A stretch of DNA of 64,000 bases from Chloracidobacterium sp. (GCA_016706275.1 JADJJY010000005.1:14641-78640), one strand, 5' to 3'. Numbered from the stretch's first letter, positions 23,430 to 34,503 are shown. The notes: generated from the letters alone by a model not told the origin. Translations and numbers: made by a program.

Positions 23430-25532
23430 TTAAGTACTTGCTCCCGTTCCCTTGATCTTCGCAATAACTTCTTCAGCGACATTACGCGGAGCTTCGTTAT
23501 AACGCTCAAAATGCATACTCGACGTTGCGCGTCCCTGTGTTGACGAGCGAAGGTCGGTCGTGTAACCAAACATCTCCGACAGCGGCACAAATGCCGTGAC
23601 GACCGAAACATTACCCGGACGCGGCTCCATCTTGTCGATCTGGCCGCGGCGGCGATTAAGATCGCCGTTGACCGCACCCATATATTCCTCAGGCGTAACA
23701 ACTTCGATACGCATGATGGGTTCGAGCAGGACCGGTTTTGCCTTTTTCACAGCGTCCTGAAACGCATACGAACCGGCAAGTTTGAATGAAATTTCGTCCG
23801 AGTCGACTTCGTGATACGAACCAAATAAGAGCGTAACTTTGATATCGACGAGTTCATAGCCAGCAAGATATCCACGCTGCATAGCATCGCGAACGCCTTC
23901 CATCGTCGGCTTGATGAACTGACGCGGGATCGAACCACCGGTGATCTTGTCTTCGAAAACAAAACCTTCGCCCGGAGCCGGCTCGACAGTGAGCTCGACG
24001 TGGCCAAATTTACCACGGCCGCCCGACTGTTTCTTGTAGATCTCTTTACCCGGTGCGGCGGTCGTGATCGTTTCACGATACGCAACCTGCGGTTTACCAA
24101 CGTTAGCCTCGACGCCAAATTCACGCTTCATACGATCAACAATGATCTCAAGGTGAAGCTCGCCCATACCGGCGATGATCGTCTGGCCCGTTTCATGGTC
24201 GGTGTTGACCTGAAATGAAGGGTCTTCCTGTGCAAGACGGTTGAGGGCGATACCCATTTTGTCTTGGTCCTGACGGGTTTTCGGTTCGACCGCGACACGC
24301 ACGACCGGTTCCGGAAAGTCCATAGACTCAAGGATAATTGGCTTTGACTCGTCCGAGATAGTGTCGCCGGTCGTGGTATTTTTCATACCGCCGATAGCAA
24401 CGATCTCGCCCGCACTCGCCGTTTCAACGTCTTCACGTTTATTCGCGTGCATCAGCATCAAACGGCCGACACGCTCTTTCGAATCCTTGATCGTGTTCGT
24501 CACATATGAACCCGAAGAAACCGTTCCCGAATAGATACGCACAAATGCGAGCTGTCCGAGGTGCTTATCCGCCATCAGTTTGAATACCAAACCGGAGAAC
24601 GGAGCTTTAGCATCAGGCGGACGGCTTTCGGTCGCGTCTGTATTAGGATTTACGCCCTCGATAGCAGGAATATCGAGCGGGCTCGGGAGAAAATCAATAA
24701 CGGCATCAAGCAATGTCTGAACGCCTTTGTTCTTAAACGCAGAACCGGTAACGACCGGGACGATCTTCATCGCCAGCGTTCCCGCACGAAGAGCGACGCG
24801 GATCTCGTCTTCTGAGATCTCCTCGCCTTCGAGATATTTCATCATCAGATCGTCATCGATCGCCGAAACGGCTTCGACAAGCTTTTCGCGTTGAGCTTTC
24901 GACACCTCGAGCAGGTCTGCCGGGATGTCAGTGACATCGTAATTGGCCCCCATCGCCTCATTGGTCCAGACAAAAGCCTTCATCGTGATCAGATCGACGA
25001 CGCCTTTGAAATGCTCTTCGATACCGATCGGCACTTGCAGAGCAACAGCATTTGCACCAAGGCGATCAAGGATCGACTGAAAACTGCGGTCAAACGAAGC
25101 TCCCGCACGATCAAGCTTATTAATAAAGCAGATACGCGGCACGCCGTATTTGTCAGCCTGACGCCAAACGGTCTCGGACTGCGGTTCAACGCCGGCGACA
25201 CCGTCAAAAACACAGACCGCACCATCTAAAACACGAAGAGACCGCTCAACTTCCATAGTGAAGTCAACGTGTCCCGGTGTATCAATGATATTGATACGGT
25301 GCTCAATGTTGTTGCGTGTCCAGAAACAGGTCGTCGCAGCCGAGGTAATCGTAATACCGCGTTCCTGCTCCTGCTCCATCCAGTCCATCGTCGCCGTTCC
25401 TTCGTGAACTTCGCCGATCTTGTGCGAAACACCCGTGTAATACAAAATGCGCTCCGTCGCCGTGGTCTTACCCGCGTCGATATGGGCCATAATGCCGATG
25501 TTTCTATATTTGTCTAAGCTGATCGTTGCCAT
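23430..25532 (-). CDS. fusA: elongation factor G
   Basis: 700 aa. ...[26 protein letters not shown]... Confidence 0.98.
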   Translation of the reverse strand: MATISLDKYRNIGIMAHIDAGKTTATERILYYTGVSHKIGEVHEGTATMDWMEQEQERGITITSAATTCFWTRNNIEHRINIIDTPGHVDFTMEVERSLRVLDGAVCVFDGVAGVEPQSETVWRQADKYGVPRICFINKLDRAGASFDRSFQSILDRLGANAVALQVPIGIEEHFKGVVDLITMKAFVWTNEAMGANYDVTDIPADLLEVSKAQREKLVEAVSAIDDDLMMKYLEGEEISEDEIRVALRAGTLAMKIVPVVTGSAFKNKGVQTLLDAVIDFLPSPLDIPAIEGVNPNTDATESRPPDAKAPFSGLVFKLMADKHLGQLAFVRIYSGTVSSGSYVTNTIKDSKERVGRLMLMHANKREDVETASAGEIVAIGGMKNTTTGDTISDESKPIILESMDFPEPVVRVAVEPKTRQDQDKMGIALNRLAQEDPSFQVNTDHETGQTIIAGMGELHLEIIVDRMKREFGVEANVGKPQVAYRETITTAAPGKEIYKKQSGGRGKFGHVELTVEPAPGEGFVFEDKITGGSIPRQFIKPTMEGVRDAMQRGYLAGYELVDIKVTLLFGSYHEVDSDEISFKLAGSYAFQDAVKKAKPVLLEPIMRIEVVTPEEYMGAVNGDLNRRRGQIDKMEPRPGNVSVVTAFVPLSEMFGYTTDLRSSTQGRATSSMHFERYNEAPRNVAEEVIAKIKGTGAST

Positions 25533-25536
25533 TTAA

Positions 25537-26007
25537 CTAAAACCTATAATGTGCGAATGCTTTGTTCGCTTCTGCCATGCGTAACACGTCTTCCTTCTTC
25601 TTCATTGCTCCGCCGCGTCCGTTCACAGTGTCGAGGAGCTCGCCTACGAGGCGGTCTTCCATCGTTTTTTCGCTGCGTCCGCGTGCGTTTGTCACGATCC
25701 ATCGGATCGCAAGTGTGTTGCGGCGGTCACGCGAAACTTCGAGCGGCACCTGATATGTAGCACCACCGATACGGCGTGATTTGACTTCGAGGGTCGGTGC
25801 AACGCTATCGAGAGCGGCCTTAAATACCTTCAAAGGCTCGTCTTGTGCCTTTTCGCCCAACTTGACCATCGCTCCGTAAAAGATCTGCTCGGCAGTTGTC
25901 TTTTTACCCGCGAGCATCAAACCGTTGATAAATTTGGTAACGGCGATGCTGTTGTAGATCGGATCCGGCAAAACTTCTCTTTTTACTGCAACTCTACGTC
26001 TTGGCAT
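25537..26007 (-). CDS. rpsG: 30S ribosomal protein S7
   Basis: 156 aa. [20 protein letters not shown]... Confidence 0.97.
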   Translation of the reverse strand: MPRRRVAVKREVLPDPIYNSIAVTKFINGLMLAGKKTTAEQIFYGAMVKLGEKAQDEPLKVFKAALDSVAPTLEVKSRRIGGATYQVPLEVSRDRRNTLAIRWIVTNARGRSEKTMEDRLVGELLDTVNGRGGAMKKKEDVLRMAEANKAFAHYRF

Positions 26008-26013
26008 AACTTC

Positions 26014-26394
26014 TTATTTCGCTCCTTTCGGACGTTTTGCTCCGTATTTAGAACGCGACTGGTTTCGGTTCGCGACGCCTGAGGCATCCAGCGTTCCGCG
26101 GATAACGTGATAACGAACACCCGGCAGATCCTTTACACGGCCGCCGCGGATGAGCACGATCGAGTGTTCCTGCAAGTTATGCCCGATACCCGGGATATAT
26201 GTAGTAACTTCGATCTGGTTGGTCAAACGCACACGTGCGACCTTGCGAAGAGCCGAGTTAGGCTTTTTCGGTGTCGACGTGTAAACGCGCGTACATACGC
26301 CGCGTTTCTGCGGGTTTGCCTGCAAAGCGGGACTCGCGGTTTTATACTTGATCCGCTTGCGTCCCTTACGTACTAATTGGTTGATAGTAGGCAT
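26014..26394 (-). CDS. rpsL: 30S ribosomal protein S12
   Basis: 126 aa. [24 protein letters not shown]... Confidence 0.98.
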   Translation of the reverse strand: MPTINQLVRKGRKRIKYKTASPALQANPQKRGVCTRVYTSTPKKPNSALRKVARVRLTNQIEVTTYIPGIGHNLQEHSIVLIRGGRVKDLPGVRYHVIRGTLDASGVANRNQSRSKYGAKRPKGAK

Positions 26395-26725
26395 CGTTTT
26401 CTCTATTTAAAATTCCAGTAGGCAAAACTACCGTCTTACCTGACTCTTGCTCGGATAATATCCGGCAGTTAGCTCAAGCAGCACTAAAGCTGAATGAATT
26501 AAGTTTATGTTCTAACCCTTAAGAATTGTTACTTTGCTGTAGCGTGGCATATTAGATATGTGTAATTCGCCAATGGACGGTGATGCCCACCTATTACGCT
26601 ACAATCCGTGTTTCAATTCTCAAAAATCCTATCTGTAAACTCACGCGGAGCATATAGATACAACGAACGGTAAAGTCCGAAACTTTAGATATTATGAATT
26701 TGGAAGATTCTTGTCAAGCCCGCTT

Positions 26726-26755
26726 TTGCCAAATCACGCATTTCTTTAGTAGAAT
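26726..26755 (+). promoter_or_regulatory. sigma70-like promoter candidate for the 26801 gene
   Basis: TTGCCA (26726-26731), 18-nt spacer, TAGAAT (26750-26755), about 45 nt upstream of the ATG. Confidence 0.3.
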
Positions 26756-26800
26756 CTCACCTTTGGATAAGCGGGTATTTTTCGCCCTAATAAATAAAGC

Positions 26801-27838
26801 ATGACAAATCTCGAATCGTATCTAGCTAACTACAATGAAACCGATTGGCTCGCCGCTCTCGACGAACTGCTTCCCTGCATTCACGAGGTCGATAAGAACG
26901 CCGTTCAGATCTGGTTCCGCTTTTACCCTCTGAGCCTCAAGCGTTTTATCGACGCCGCCGAAGATCGCGAGGCGACGCTGCACGGGTTTGCGATGCAAGG
27001 CGTTTTTGAGCTGAAAGATCAGATCGACACGTCGCACCATTTTCTTTACGGCCACCGTTATTGGAAAACGGTCAAAGCCGCGATCGAGGCCGAGGCGGCT
27101 GTCTTTACCGATCAGAGCCACGACCTAAAAGAAGAGGTCAAACAGATCGGGATACTCGTCGCCGAAAAGCTCAAGGTCGAACGCCAACTCGTCAACGCCA
27201 TCGTCCTAGTCGGGCTAATGACGCTCAACCAAGTCGGCCTCGAAGCCTTTAACGCCGCCACCGGTGAGGTCGAAAAGCCGAGCGGTGTAATGACAAAATC
27301 GCCCGACGCCATCGTAGCGGAGCGTGCAAAAGACGATTCGCAAGGCGTTTTTGGCTTTCTCAAAACCGTCAACAAAAAATTCTCGGTTACATACACTGCT
27401 GCAAATTCGAGCGGCAAATTCCCTTTGCTTAACGAGCAGGAGATCACCGCAGCGTCGGCAAACGACCGCTCCCAAGATTGGCAATCACTCGACAGCCGCT
27501 GCTGGGAAGGCCCCGTCCCGGTCGAATGCACCGCAGCATCATGCGGCACCTGTTGGGTAGGTGTGCTTGGCGGTCAAGAGAAAATGACCGAGGTCGGCCG
27601 CCGCGAACGCCGTGCGATGAAAGTCTTTGGCTACAACCAGACAGATGAGGCAACGCCGTTCATGCGTCTCGCGTGCCAAGCCCGTGCAACCGGCAACGTC
27701 ACTCTCGTAATCCCACCCTGGAACGCCGTCTTTGGCAAAAAGGTCTATGGCAATATCGAAGAGGTGGAACTCGAACCCGTGACAACATCAGCTAAAGCCC
27801 TACGCGAAACCATCGCCTCGGCTACATCCGGCGAATAG
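26801..27838 (+). CDS. hypothetical protein with C-terminal plant-type [2Fe-2S] ferredoxin-like domain
   Basis: 345 aa. The C-terminal ~110 aa carry C-x4-C-x2-C...C (ECTAASCGTCWVGVLGG ... MRLACQARATGNVTLVIP). The N-terminal ~220 aa match no family I recognise. Confidence 0.7.
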   Translation: MTNLESYLANYNETDWLAALDELLPCIHEVDKNAVQIWFRFYPLSLKRFIDAAEDREATLHGFAMQGVFELKDQIDTSHHFLYGHRYWKTVKAAIEAEAAVFTDQSHDLKEEVKQIGILVAEKLKVERQLVNAIVLVGLMTLNQVGLEAFNAATGEVEKPSGVMTKSPDAIVAERAKDDSQGVFGFLKTVNKKFSVTYTAANSSGKFPLLNEQEITAASANDRSQDWQSLDSRCWEGPVPVECTAASCGTCWVGVLGGQEKMTEVGRRERRAMKVFGYNQTDEATPFMRLACQARATGNVTLVIPPWNAVFGKKVYGNIEEVELEPVTTSAKALRETIASATSGE

Positions 27839-27841
27839 GAT

Positions 27842-27922
27842 GTTAAACGCAGAGACCGCAAAGATCGCAGAGATTTCTTCCCTTATCTTCCTTTGCGGCC
27901 TTTGCGGTCTCTGCGTTTAAAC
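27842..27922 (+). terminator. long tandem-word hairpin at gene 3' end (CGCAGAG/CGCAAAG words)
   Basis: Left arm gttaaacgcagagaccgcaaagatcgcagag; right arm ctttgcggcctttgcggtctctgcgtttaaac. It starts 4 nt after the stop codon. There is no clear U-tract. Confidence 0.45.
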
Positions 27923-27947
27923 TGGCTTATTGCGGTAATATATCTCC

Positions 27948-28817
27948 GTGCCCGAAGACAAAAAACCATTTCCCCCCGTCGCCCTTGTTGTCATGGCCGT
28001 GCTTTTGTGGAGCACCGGCGGGATGTTCATTAAGCTCGCGACAAATCTCGACGCTTACCAGGTAACATTCTTTCGTTCTTTGCTCGCGGGGCTCACCGTC
28101 CTCATCATCACACGCAAAAACGGACTGCGGATCAATGGCTTTGGCGTTATCGCATCCATAATCTACGCAACGCTGCTGTTCCTATTCGTCTGGGCGACCA
28201 AACACACGACTGCCGCTAACGCCATTTTCCTTCAATACACCGCGCCGATCTATATACTCGTCCTCGCTCCATTTGTCATCGGCGAAAAATTTCACGTCCG
28301 TGACCTGATCACCGTCGTTTTTTGCATCGCCGGAATGAGCCTGTTCTTCGTCGGCGACCTGACCATCGGCGATTACCAAGGCAACATCGCCGCCCTCGGC
28401 TCGGGCATTTTCCTCGGGCTCTACATCATGCTGCTCAAACATCCGAAAGCAGCAGGGATGAACTCCGTCATCACCGTCATCTACGGCAATTTCCTGCTGG
28501 CGTTGCTAACGCTGCCCAGCGGTATCGCGGCATTTCCGACCGCGACCTGGCGTGACTACGCCGCAGTCGGATTTCTCGGCATATTCCAGATCGGCATCGC
28601 GTATATCCTATTTATCAAAGGCGTCACCGGCGGCACACGCCCGCTCGATGCCAGCATCATCGGCTTTATCGAACCGCTCCTCAACCCCGTCTGGGTATTC
28701 CTCTTCATCGGAGAACGCCCCTCAAACTGGGCGATACTAGGCGGCAGTATCATAATCGCAACGGTCATCATTCACACGCTCGCACAATATCGTGTTCAGC
28801 AGCGTTCCGCAGTTTGA
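27948..28817 (+). CDS. EamA/DMT-family transporter
   Basis: 289 aa with a GTG start, ~10 TM segments and the two-EamA-repeat look (LLWSTGGMFIKL..., ...GFIEPLLNPVWVFLFIGE). Confidence 0.8.
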   Translation: MPEDKKPFPPVALVVMAVLLWSTGGMFIKLATNLDAYQVTFFRSLLAGLTVLIITRKNGLRINGFGVIASIIYATLLFLFVWATKHTTAANAIFLQYTAPIYILVLAPFVIGEKFHVRDLITVVFCIAGMSLFFVGDLTIGDYQGNIAALGSGIFLGLYIMLLKHPKAAGMNSVITVIYGNFLLALLTLPSGIAAFPTATWRDYAAVGFLGIFQIGIAYILFIKGVTGGTRPLDASIIGFIEPLLNPVWVFLFIGERPSNWAILGGSIIIATVIIHTLAQYRVQQRSAV

Positions 28818-28856
28818 ATTTATCGCCTATTTTTCGCTACACTTCCCCAAAATCAT

Positions 28857-30764
28857 ATGCCCAAACACACGCTCCGAGAAAAGTTTCAATACCACTTCGA
28901 GAACACAATGTCCGGCGGCCCGATCGCGGTCATCAGATGGCTTGCGATCGTCTCGGTCGTATCGGTTGTAGTGCTTGGTGGAATAATTGTGTTGCTTGGG
29001 ATCACTGGCTCGACCGAGCCGGGTGCCGAGCCGCTCAGTTTTCTTGAGGGCACATGGAAAAGCCTGATGGCAACGCTCGATCCCGGAACGATGGGCGGTG
29101 ACGAAGGCTGGGATTATCGCGTTGTGAGATTCACGGCAACATTGATCGGAATTTTCCTGATCTCGATACTTATCGGTTCGATCGCGTCGGGCATCGATCA
29201 AAAGATCGAAGAATTGAAACGCGGCCGCTCTCGCGTACTCGACAGCAACCACACGCTCATTCTCGGCTGGTCCGAAAAGATCTTCACGGTCGTCACCGAG
29301 CTCGTCGAGGCGAACGCCAACCAGCGACGCCCGTGCATCGTTATTCTCTCGGAAAAGGACAAGGTCGAGGCTGAAGACGAAATCAAGTCCCGAATCCCCG
29401 ACACCCGCAACACAAAGATCGTCGTCCGTAGCGGCTCTACTCTAGAATCGTCCGCTGCTGAGATGGTGAATATCAACGAAGCTCGCTCGATCATTGTGTT
29501 GTCACCCGAGACCGCAAATCCCGACACATACGTCATCAAGACCGTGCTCGGCATAACGAACGGCCGCCGCCGAAAGGCTGACGCGTATCACGTAGTTGCC
29601 GAGATCCGCGACGAACGTAACCTCGACGCCGCAGAGCTAGTCGGCAACGGCGAAGCCGTTTACGTCCTCAGCGAGGACCTCATCTCCCGAGTGATGGCAC
29701 AGACTTGCCGCCAGTCGGGACTGAGCGTCGTTTATGCCGACTTGCTCGAATTCGCCGGCGACGAGATCTATTTCAGCGAGATCCCCGATTCGCTCATAGG
29801 CAAAACGTACAAAGATTCGCTTTTCGCGTATGAGACATCGTCTGTGATAGGTGTGTTTACGCCGTCGGGCGAGGCACTTATCAATCCTCCGATGGACCGC
29901 ACCTACAGCGACGGTGAATCCGTCATCGCGATCTCCGAAGACGACGACACCGTTATCGCCAACGGCCGGGGCTTAGACGGTATCGACACTTCACTTTTCC
30001 AGCACGGCGAAGAAAGCAGTCCCGTCCAAGAACATACGCTGATCATAGGCTGGAACGAGATCGCACCTCGCATCGTCACCGAAGTCGATAATTACGTAAA
30101 GGCAGATTCGATGGTGTTGGTTATCTCTCACGACCCGGCGGTCGGTGCCGAGGTTACCAAGCTGCAAGCCCAAGTCAAGAATCAGCGGATCGCGTTTTGC
30201 GAGGGCGACCCCGTCGATAAGAAAACTCTCCTTGATGTAAATACCAAGGGTTTCGATCACATCATTGTCCTTTCTGATCGCAACATCGACATCCAGGAAA
30301 GCGACGCTCACACGCTCATCACTCTGCTTCATCTACGCAGCATCAGCGAGGCCGAAGGCGTCGATTACTCGATCGTCACCGAGATGCTCGATATGCGCAA
30401 CCGCGAACTCGGCGTCGTCGCCAAAGCGGACGATTTTGTCGTCAGCGACAACCTCATCAGCCTCATGCTCAGCCAGCTGAGTGAAAACCGCGAGCTCAAA
30501 AAGGTATACGACGTGCTGTTTCAGGCCGAGGGCTCCGAGGTCTATCTCAAACCATCGAACCGCTACGTCCGCACGGGTACCGAAGTCGATTTCTACACCG
30601 TCGTCGCATCCGCCGCCGCACTCGGCGAATCCGCCATCGGCTACCGCATCGCCGCCGAGACCCCCGACCCCGACAAACACTACGGCGTCCGCCTAAACCC
30701 GAATAAGTCGGAAAAAGTGACGTTCAAAGACAAAGACTTCGTGATCGTCTTGAGCGAGGATTAA
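28857..30764 (+). CDS. CASTOR/POLLUX-related putative ion channel with RCK/TrkA-N-type domains
   Basis: 635 aa. Two N-terminal TM helices flank a pore-like LDPGTMGGD segment. Two Rossmann-like modules follow (HTLILGWSEKIFTVV..., HTLIIGWNEIAPRIV...). Confidence 0.6.
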   Translation: MPKHTLREKFQYHFENTMSGGPIAVIRWLAIVSVVSVVVLGGIIVLLGITGSTEPGAEPLSFLEGTWKSLMATLDPGTMGGDEGWDYRVVRFTATLIGIFLISILIGSIASGIDQKIEELKRGRSRVLDSNHTLILGWSEKIFTVVTELVEANANQRRPCIVILSEKDKVEAEDEIKSRIPDTRNTKIVVRSGSTLESSAAEMVNINEARSIIVLSPETANPDTYVIKTVLGITNGRRRKADAYHVVAEIRDERNLDAAELVGNGEAVYVLSEDLISRVMAQTCRQSGLSVVYADLLEFAGDEIYFSEIPDSLIGKTYKDSLFAYETSSVIGVFTPSGEALINPPMDRTYSDGESVIAISEDDDTVIANGRGLDGIDTSLFQHGEESSPVQEHTLIIGWNEIAPRIVTEVDNYVKADSMVLVISHDPAVGAEVTKLQAQVKNQRIAFCEGDPVDKKTLLDVNTKGFDHIIVLSDRNIDIQESDAHTLITLLHLRSISEAEGVDYSIVTEMLDMRNRELGVVAKADDFVVSDNLISLMLSQLSENRELKKVYDVLFQAEGSEVYLKPSNRYVRTGTEVDFYTVVASAAALGESAIGYRIAAETPDPDKHYGVRLNPNKSEKVTFKDKDFVIVLSED

Positions 30765-30886
30765 TCTGCAATATTGCGAACCCATCAATTCTCAATTCCT
30801 TACCGCCTTGCTCTCAGCCAGAAATCGGCATATCATCATCCCGTCCAACAAAAACTTAAAACGTTTAGTCACAACGGAGAGAGATT

Positions 30887-31147
30887 ATGCTTCCTTGGTT
30901 CCTATTATTCGGATTCGGAATTATCGTCGGCCTGGCGATGAACTCGCTAATGAACGGCCGCGGTAACGGCCTCGGTGTCCTACTGAGCGTCATTATCGGC
31001 GGCATCGCAAGCCTCGTCGGCGGCGTCTTTCTAGGTTCTGCCAGCCGATCCGTCGTCGGCGTCGGTCTTGACTTTATCGTCGCCATGATTGGCGGCCCTA
31101 TCATTGCGGTCATCGCGATCTTGTTAGTCCGGGCTATCAAAAAATAG
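30887..31147 (+). CDS. GlsB/YeaQ/YmgE-family small membrane stress protein
   Basis: 86 aa, Gly-rich, 3 TM (GIIVGLAMNSLM..GVLLSVIIGGIASLVGG...). GGAGAGAG SD upstream. Confidence 0.75.
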   Translation: MLPWFLLFGFGIIVGLAMNSLMNGRGNGLGVLLSVIIGGIASLVGGVFLGSASRSVVGVGLDFIVAMIGGPIIAVIAILLVRAIKK

Positions 31148-31157
31148 AGATCCGACC

Positions 31158-31199
31158 GCCCACTGACTACAGACCACTGACCACTGACCACTGACTACT
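31158..31199. repeat. direct array of six GACCACT-type heptamers
   Basis: gcccact gactaca gaccact gaccact gaccact gactact. One orientation only, just after the 30887 gene's stop. Confidence 0.8.
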
Positions 31200-31239
31200 A
31201 TTTTCCTTATCTTGTGATAAGCTAATCAAATAACTGCTG

Positions 31240-31265
31240 AAAACGAGTCTTATTACTCGTTTTTT
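31240..31265 (+). terminator. rho-independent terminator
   Basis: AAAACGAGT cttatt ACTCGTTTT followed by TT. Confidence 0.6.
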
Positions 31266-31314
31266 CCATTTAAGAATTCAATTAATTAGAATTCCCATAG
31301 GAGAATCTTTTAAT

Positions 31315-33207
31315 ATGACCGATCTAACGATACCGTCGAACATCACTAACGAAGAGCTGATACGCTTTGTCACTGAGGCTGTCACGCTGTGCAAACCCGA
31401 TAGCGTCTATTGGTGCGACGGCTCGCAAGAGGAATATGACCGCATGTGCCAGGAGATGGTTGACGCGGGCACCTTTATCAAACTAAACGCTGAAAAGCGG
31501 CCTAATTCGTTTCTTGCTCGCTCGCACCCGTCTGACGTTGCGCGTGTAGAGGACCGCACGTACATTTGTTCGCGCGCAAAGGGCGACGCCGGCCCGACCA
31601 ATAATTGGATGGCCCCGCTCGAGATGAAGGCCATCTTGAAAAAGAAATTTGACGGCTGCATGACCGGCCGCACGATGTATATCGTACCGTTTTGCATGGG
31701 TCCGATCGGTTCGCCGATCTCGCAGTTTGGCGTGCAGATCACCGATTCGGCTTATGCCGCGGTCAACATGCGGATCATGACCCGCATGGGCAAACAGGCC
31801 CTAGACGCCCTGCAAAAGGTTGAGGATGGCGAGTTTACCAAATGTCTCCACTCCGTTGGAATGCCGCTTGCGGCAGGCCAAGCCGACGTAGCATGGCCGT
31901 GTTCGCCGGATCCAAAAGATAAATATATTGTCCATTTCCCTGAAGAAAATTCGATCGTATCCTTTGGCTCCGGCTATGGCGGCAACGCACTTTTAGGCAA
32001 GAAATGTCTCGCATTGCGTATCGCTTCGACCCTTGGACGTGCCCAGGGCTGGCTTGCCGAGCACATGCTCATCGTCGGTGTCGAGTCACCTGACGGCCAA
32101 AAAGATTACGTCTGTGCGGCGTTCCCGTCCGCGTGCGGCAAGACAAATTTCGCGATGCTCATTCCGCCCAAGGCGTTCCAAGAAGAAGGCTGGAAGATCA
32201 CGACAGTTGGTGACGACATCGCTTGGATCAAGCCCGACGAAACCGGCAAACTCCGTGCGATCAACCCCGAGAATGGCTTTTTTGGTGTCGCTCCGGGCAC
32301 AAATTATTTGACCAACCCCAACGCGATGGAGTCGATCAAAGAGAACACCATTTTCACTAACGTCGCTCTGACCGACGACGGCGATGTATGGTGGGAAGGC
32401 ATGGACGGCGACGCTCCGGCCCACGCGATCGACTGGCAGGGTAACGATTGGACCCCGGCAAGCGAAGGCAAAGCCGCACACGCAAATTCCCGATTCACCG
32501 CCCCGATCGACCAATGCCCCGTCGCTGATCCTCTTTTCAATGACCCGAAAGGCGTACCCATTTCGGCATTTATTTTTGGCGGACGCCGCAACTCGGTCGT
32601 GCCTCTTGTTCAACAGTCGTTCAACTGGGCATTCGGCGTCTATATGGCCGCTACAATGGGCTCAGAGATGACTGCCGCCGCATTCGGCAACATCGGCGAG
32701 GTTCGCCGCGATCCATTCGCGATGCTGCCGTTTGCCGGATATCACATGGGCGACTATTTCTCACACTGGCTCAACTTTGGCCGCCAGATCCCTGAACCGC
32801 CGCGTATCTTCTCGGTTAACTGGTTCCTTAAGGACGAGAACGGTAAATTCGCTTGGCCCGGTTATGGCGAAAATATGCGTGTACTGAAATGGATCGTCGA
32901 GCGTTCACGCGGCGTTTCAAAAGGCACGGAAACACCTCTAGGCTGGATGCCGCGATACCAAGACATGGACTGGCGCGGGCTCGATTTTACCGAGGAGCAG
33001 TTTAATAAGGTGATGAATCTCGACCGCGATATGTGGCTCAAAGAGATCGCCATGCACGACGAACTTTTCTTCCAGCTTTACGATCGTCTGCCTAAGGAAA
33101 TGACGTTCATCCGCGAGCTGCTGGTATCAAACTTGTGGCGTTCTCCTGAGCTTGGATTGGCCGCACCGCGTGCCGAACCGGCCGAAGCCGTCAAAGCCGC
33201 GAGCTAA
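31315..33207 (+). CDS. pckG: phosphoenolpyruvate carboxykinase (GTP)
   Basis: 630 aa with GTP-PEPCK hallmarks (FPSACGKTN kinase-1a, ...[10 protein letters not shown]...). Confidence 0.95.
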   Translation: MTDLTIPSNITNEELIRFVTEAVTLCKPDSVYWCDGSQEEYDRMCQEMVDAGTFIKLNAEKRPNSFLARSHPSDVARVEDRTYICSRAKGDAGPTNNWMAPLEMKAILKKKFDGCMTGRTMYIVPFCMGPIGSPISQFGVQITDSAYAAVNMRIMTRMGKQALDALQKVEDGEFTKCLHSVGMPLAAGQADVAWPCSPDPKDKYIVHFPEENSIVSFGSGYGGNALLGKKCLALRIASTLGRAQGWLAEHMLIVGVESPDGQKDYVCAAFPSACGKTNFAMLIPPKAFQEEGWKITTVGDDIAWIKPDETGKLRAINPENGFFGVAPGTNYLTNPNAMESIKENTIFTNVALTDDGDVWWEGMDGDAPAHAIDWQGNDWTPASEGKAAHANSRFTAPIDQCPVADPLFNDPKGVPISAFIFGGRRNSVVPLVQQSFNWAFGVYMAATMGSEMTAAAFGNIGEVRRDPFAMLPFAGYHMGDYFSHWLNFGRQIPEPPRIFSVNWFLKDENGKFAWPGYGENMRVLKWIVERSRGVSKGTETPLGWMPRYQDMDWRGLDFTEEQFNKVMNLDRDMWLKEIAMHDELFFQLYDRLPKEMTFIRELLVSNLWRSPELGLAAPRAEPAEAVKAAS

Positions 33208-33238
33208 TCATTGTTTCGAATAACGATTAATTAATAAA

Positions 33239-33271
33239 GGGCGGTCCGCATTTGGGCCGCCCATTTTATTT
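33239..33271 (+). terminator. rho-independent terminator of pckG
   Basis: GGGCGG tccgcatttgg GCCGCCC followed by ATTTTATTT. Confidence 0.6.
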
Positions 33272-33328
33272 GGAAACAGCAGCGATGCGCTATACTGTTC
33301 GAAATTAGGAAAATAAGGAGCACAAAAA

Positions 33329-33742
33329 ATGGACAAGTTTCTCGGCAGATACTCAGGTTATATTTACGCCATCTTTCGCATCGTTTTCGGCTTTTTGTTC
33401 ATGCTGCACGGAACGCAAAAATTGTTTGGCTGGCCACCGGCGAAACAAGCTGGCGGTGAGTTAGCGGGCATTATCCTTGCCGCTGCGATCATCGAATTGG
33501 TTTGCGGACTTCTTATAATGGTAGGCTTTTTCTCGGGCTTTGCGGCGTTTCTGGCAAGCGGCACGATGGCAGTTGCGTATTTTATGGCACATCAGCCGCA
33601 GGGTGCTCTGCCGATAATGAACGGCGGCGAAACCGCGGTGCTGTATTGTTTTGCATTTCTTTATTTCGCGGCCAACGGTTCGGGGATGCTGAGCGTTGAC
33701 GGGATGATGAAAGGAAGCCGTGCGGCTTCAAGCGACGGTTAG
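33329..33742 (+). CDS. DoxX-family membrane protein
   Basis: 137 aa, 4 TM. ...RIVFGFLFMLHGTQKLFGWP... is typical of DoxX. Confidence 0.8.
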   Translation: MDKFLGRYSGYIYAIFRIVFGFLFMLHGTQKLFGWPPAKQAGGELAGIILAAAIIELVCGLLIMVGFFSGFAAFLASGTMAVAYFMAHQPQGALPIMNGGETAVLYCFAFLYFAANGSGMLSVDGMMKGSRAASSDG

Positions 33743-33792
33743 TTTCGATGCAAACATCGCAACGATAATCGTATCTAAAAGACGGGAGTATT

Positions 33793-34503
33793 ATGGAAGA
33801 CTTTACAACCACATACGGCGATTCTGCTGCACTGGCTGCACCGGCTGAGAGAGCGGCATTTATCCGCAAAACCTATCTACTGTTAGCGGTCGCAGTGTTT
33901 GCGTTTATCGCTGTCGAAGCATTTTTCTTTTCGACCGGCATTGCCCTAATGATCGCATCGCTCATCTTTTCGGGCGGCAGCATCGGCTGGCTGGTCGTGC
34001 TGGGCTTGTTCATGGGTATCTCGTATCTGTCCAACCGCTGGGCGGTGTCGGAGACATCGCAAGCGGTTCAATATATGGGGCTCGGTCTGTTTATCCTTGC
34101 CGAAGCGGTCGTTTTCGTGCCGTTGCTCGTAATGGCTGCCTATTATTCGGGTGATCCCGGGGTAATTCTCAAGGCCGGCATCGTTTCGCTAGGCCTGTTT
34201 GCCGGACTGACGTTTACCGTATTTGTGACAAGGACCGATTTTTCGTGGCTCGCTCCGATCCTGGGTATCGGCGGATTTGCGGCATTGGGATTTATTGTCG
34301 CTAGCGCGATATTCGGCTTTACGCTGGGTAATGTTTTTGCGTTTATTATGGTCGCGTTTGCGGGCACATCGATCCTGTACCAGACGTCTCAAGTGCTCCA
34401 TCGCTTTAACACAAAACAGCATGTTGCCGCTGCTCTGACGTTATTTGCCAGCGTCGCATTGTTGTTCTGGTATATTTTGAGCATTTTTAGCTCACGCCGA
34501 TAA
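33793..34503 (+). CDS. Bax inhibitor-1/YccA-family membrane protein
   Basis: 236 aa, 7 TM. N-terminal ...ERAAFIRKTYLLLAV... and overall BI-1 architecture. Confidence 0.8.
   Translation: MEDFTTTYGDSAALAAPAERAAFIRKTYLLLAVAVFAFIAVEAFFFSTGIALMIASLIFSGGSIGWLVVLGLFMGISYLSNRWAVSETSQAVQYMGLGLFILAEAVVFVPLLVMAAYYSGDPGVILKAGIVSLGLFAGLTFTVFVTRTDFSWLAPILGIGGFAALGFIVASAIFGFTLGNVFAFIMVAFAGTSILYQTSQVLHRFNTKQHVAAALTLFASVALLFWYILSIFSSRR

Noticed and set aside
30865-31191. Minus-strand ORFs reading through heptamer arrays (30865-31191 and 51025-51480, peptides with [11 protein letters not shown])
   Set aside because: The apparent coding sequence is a translation of GACCACT repeats. It is antisense to well-supported genes (the GlsB-like gene and rplU/rpmA).
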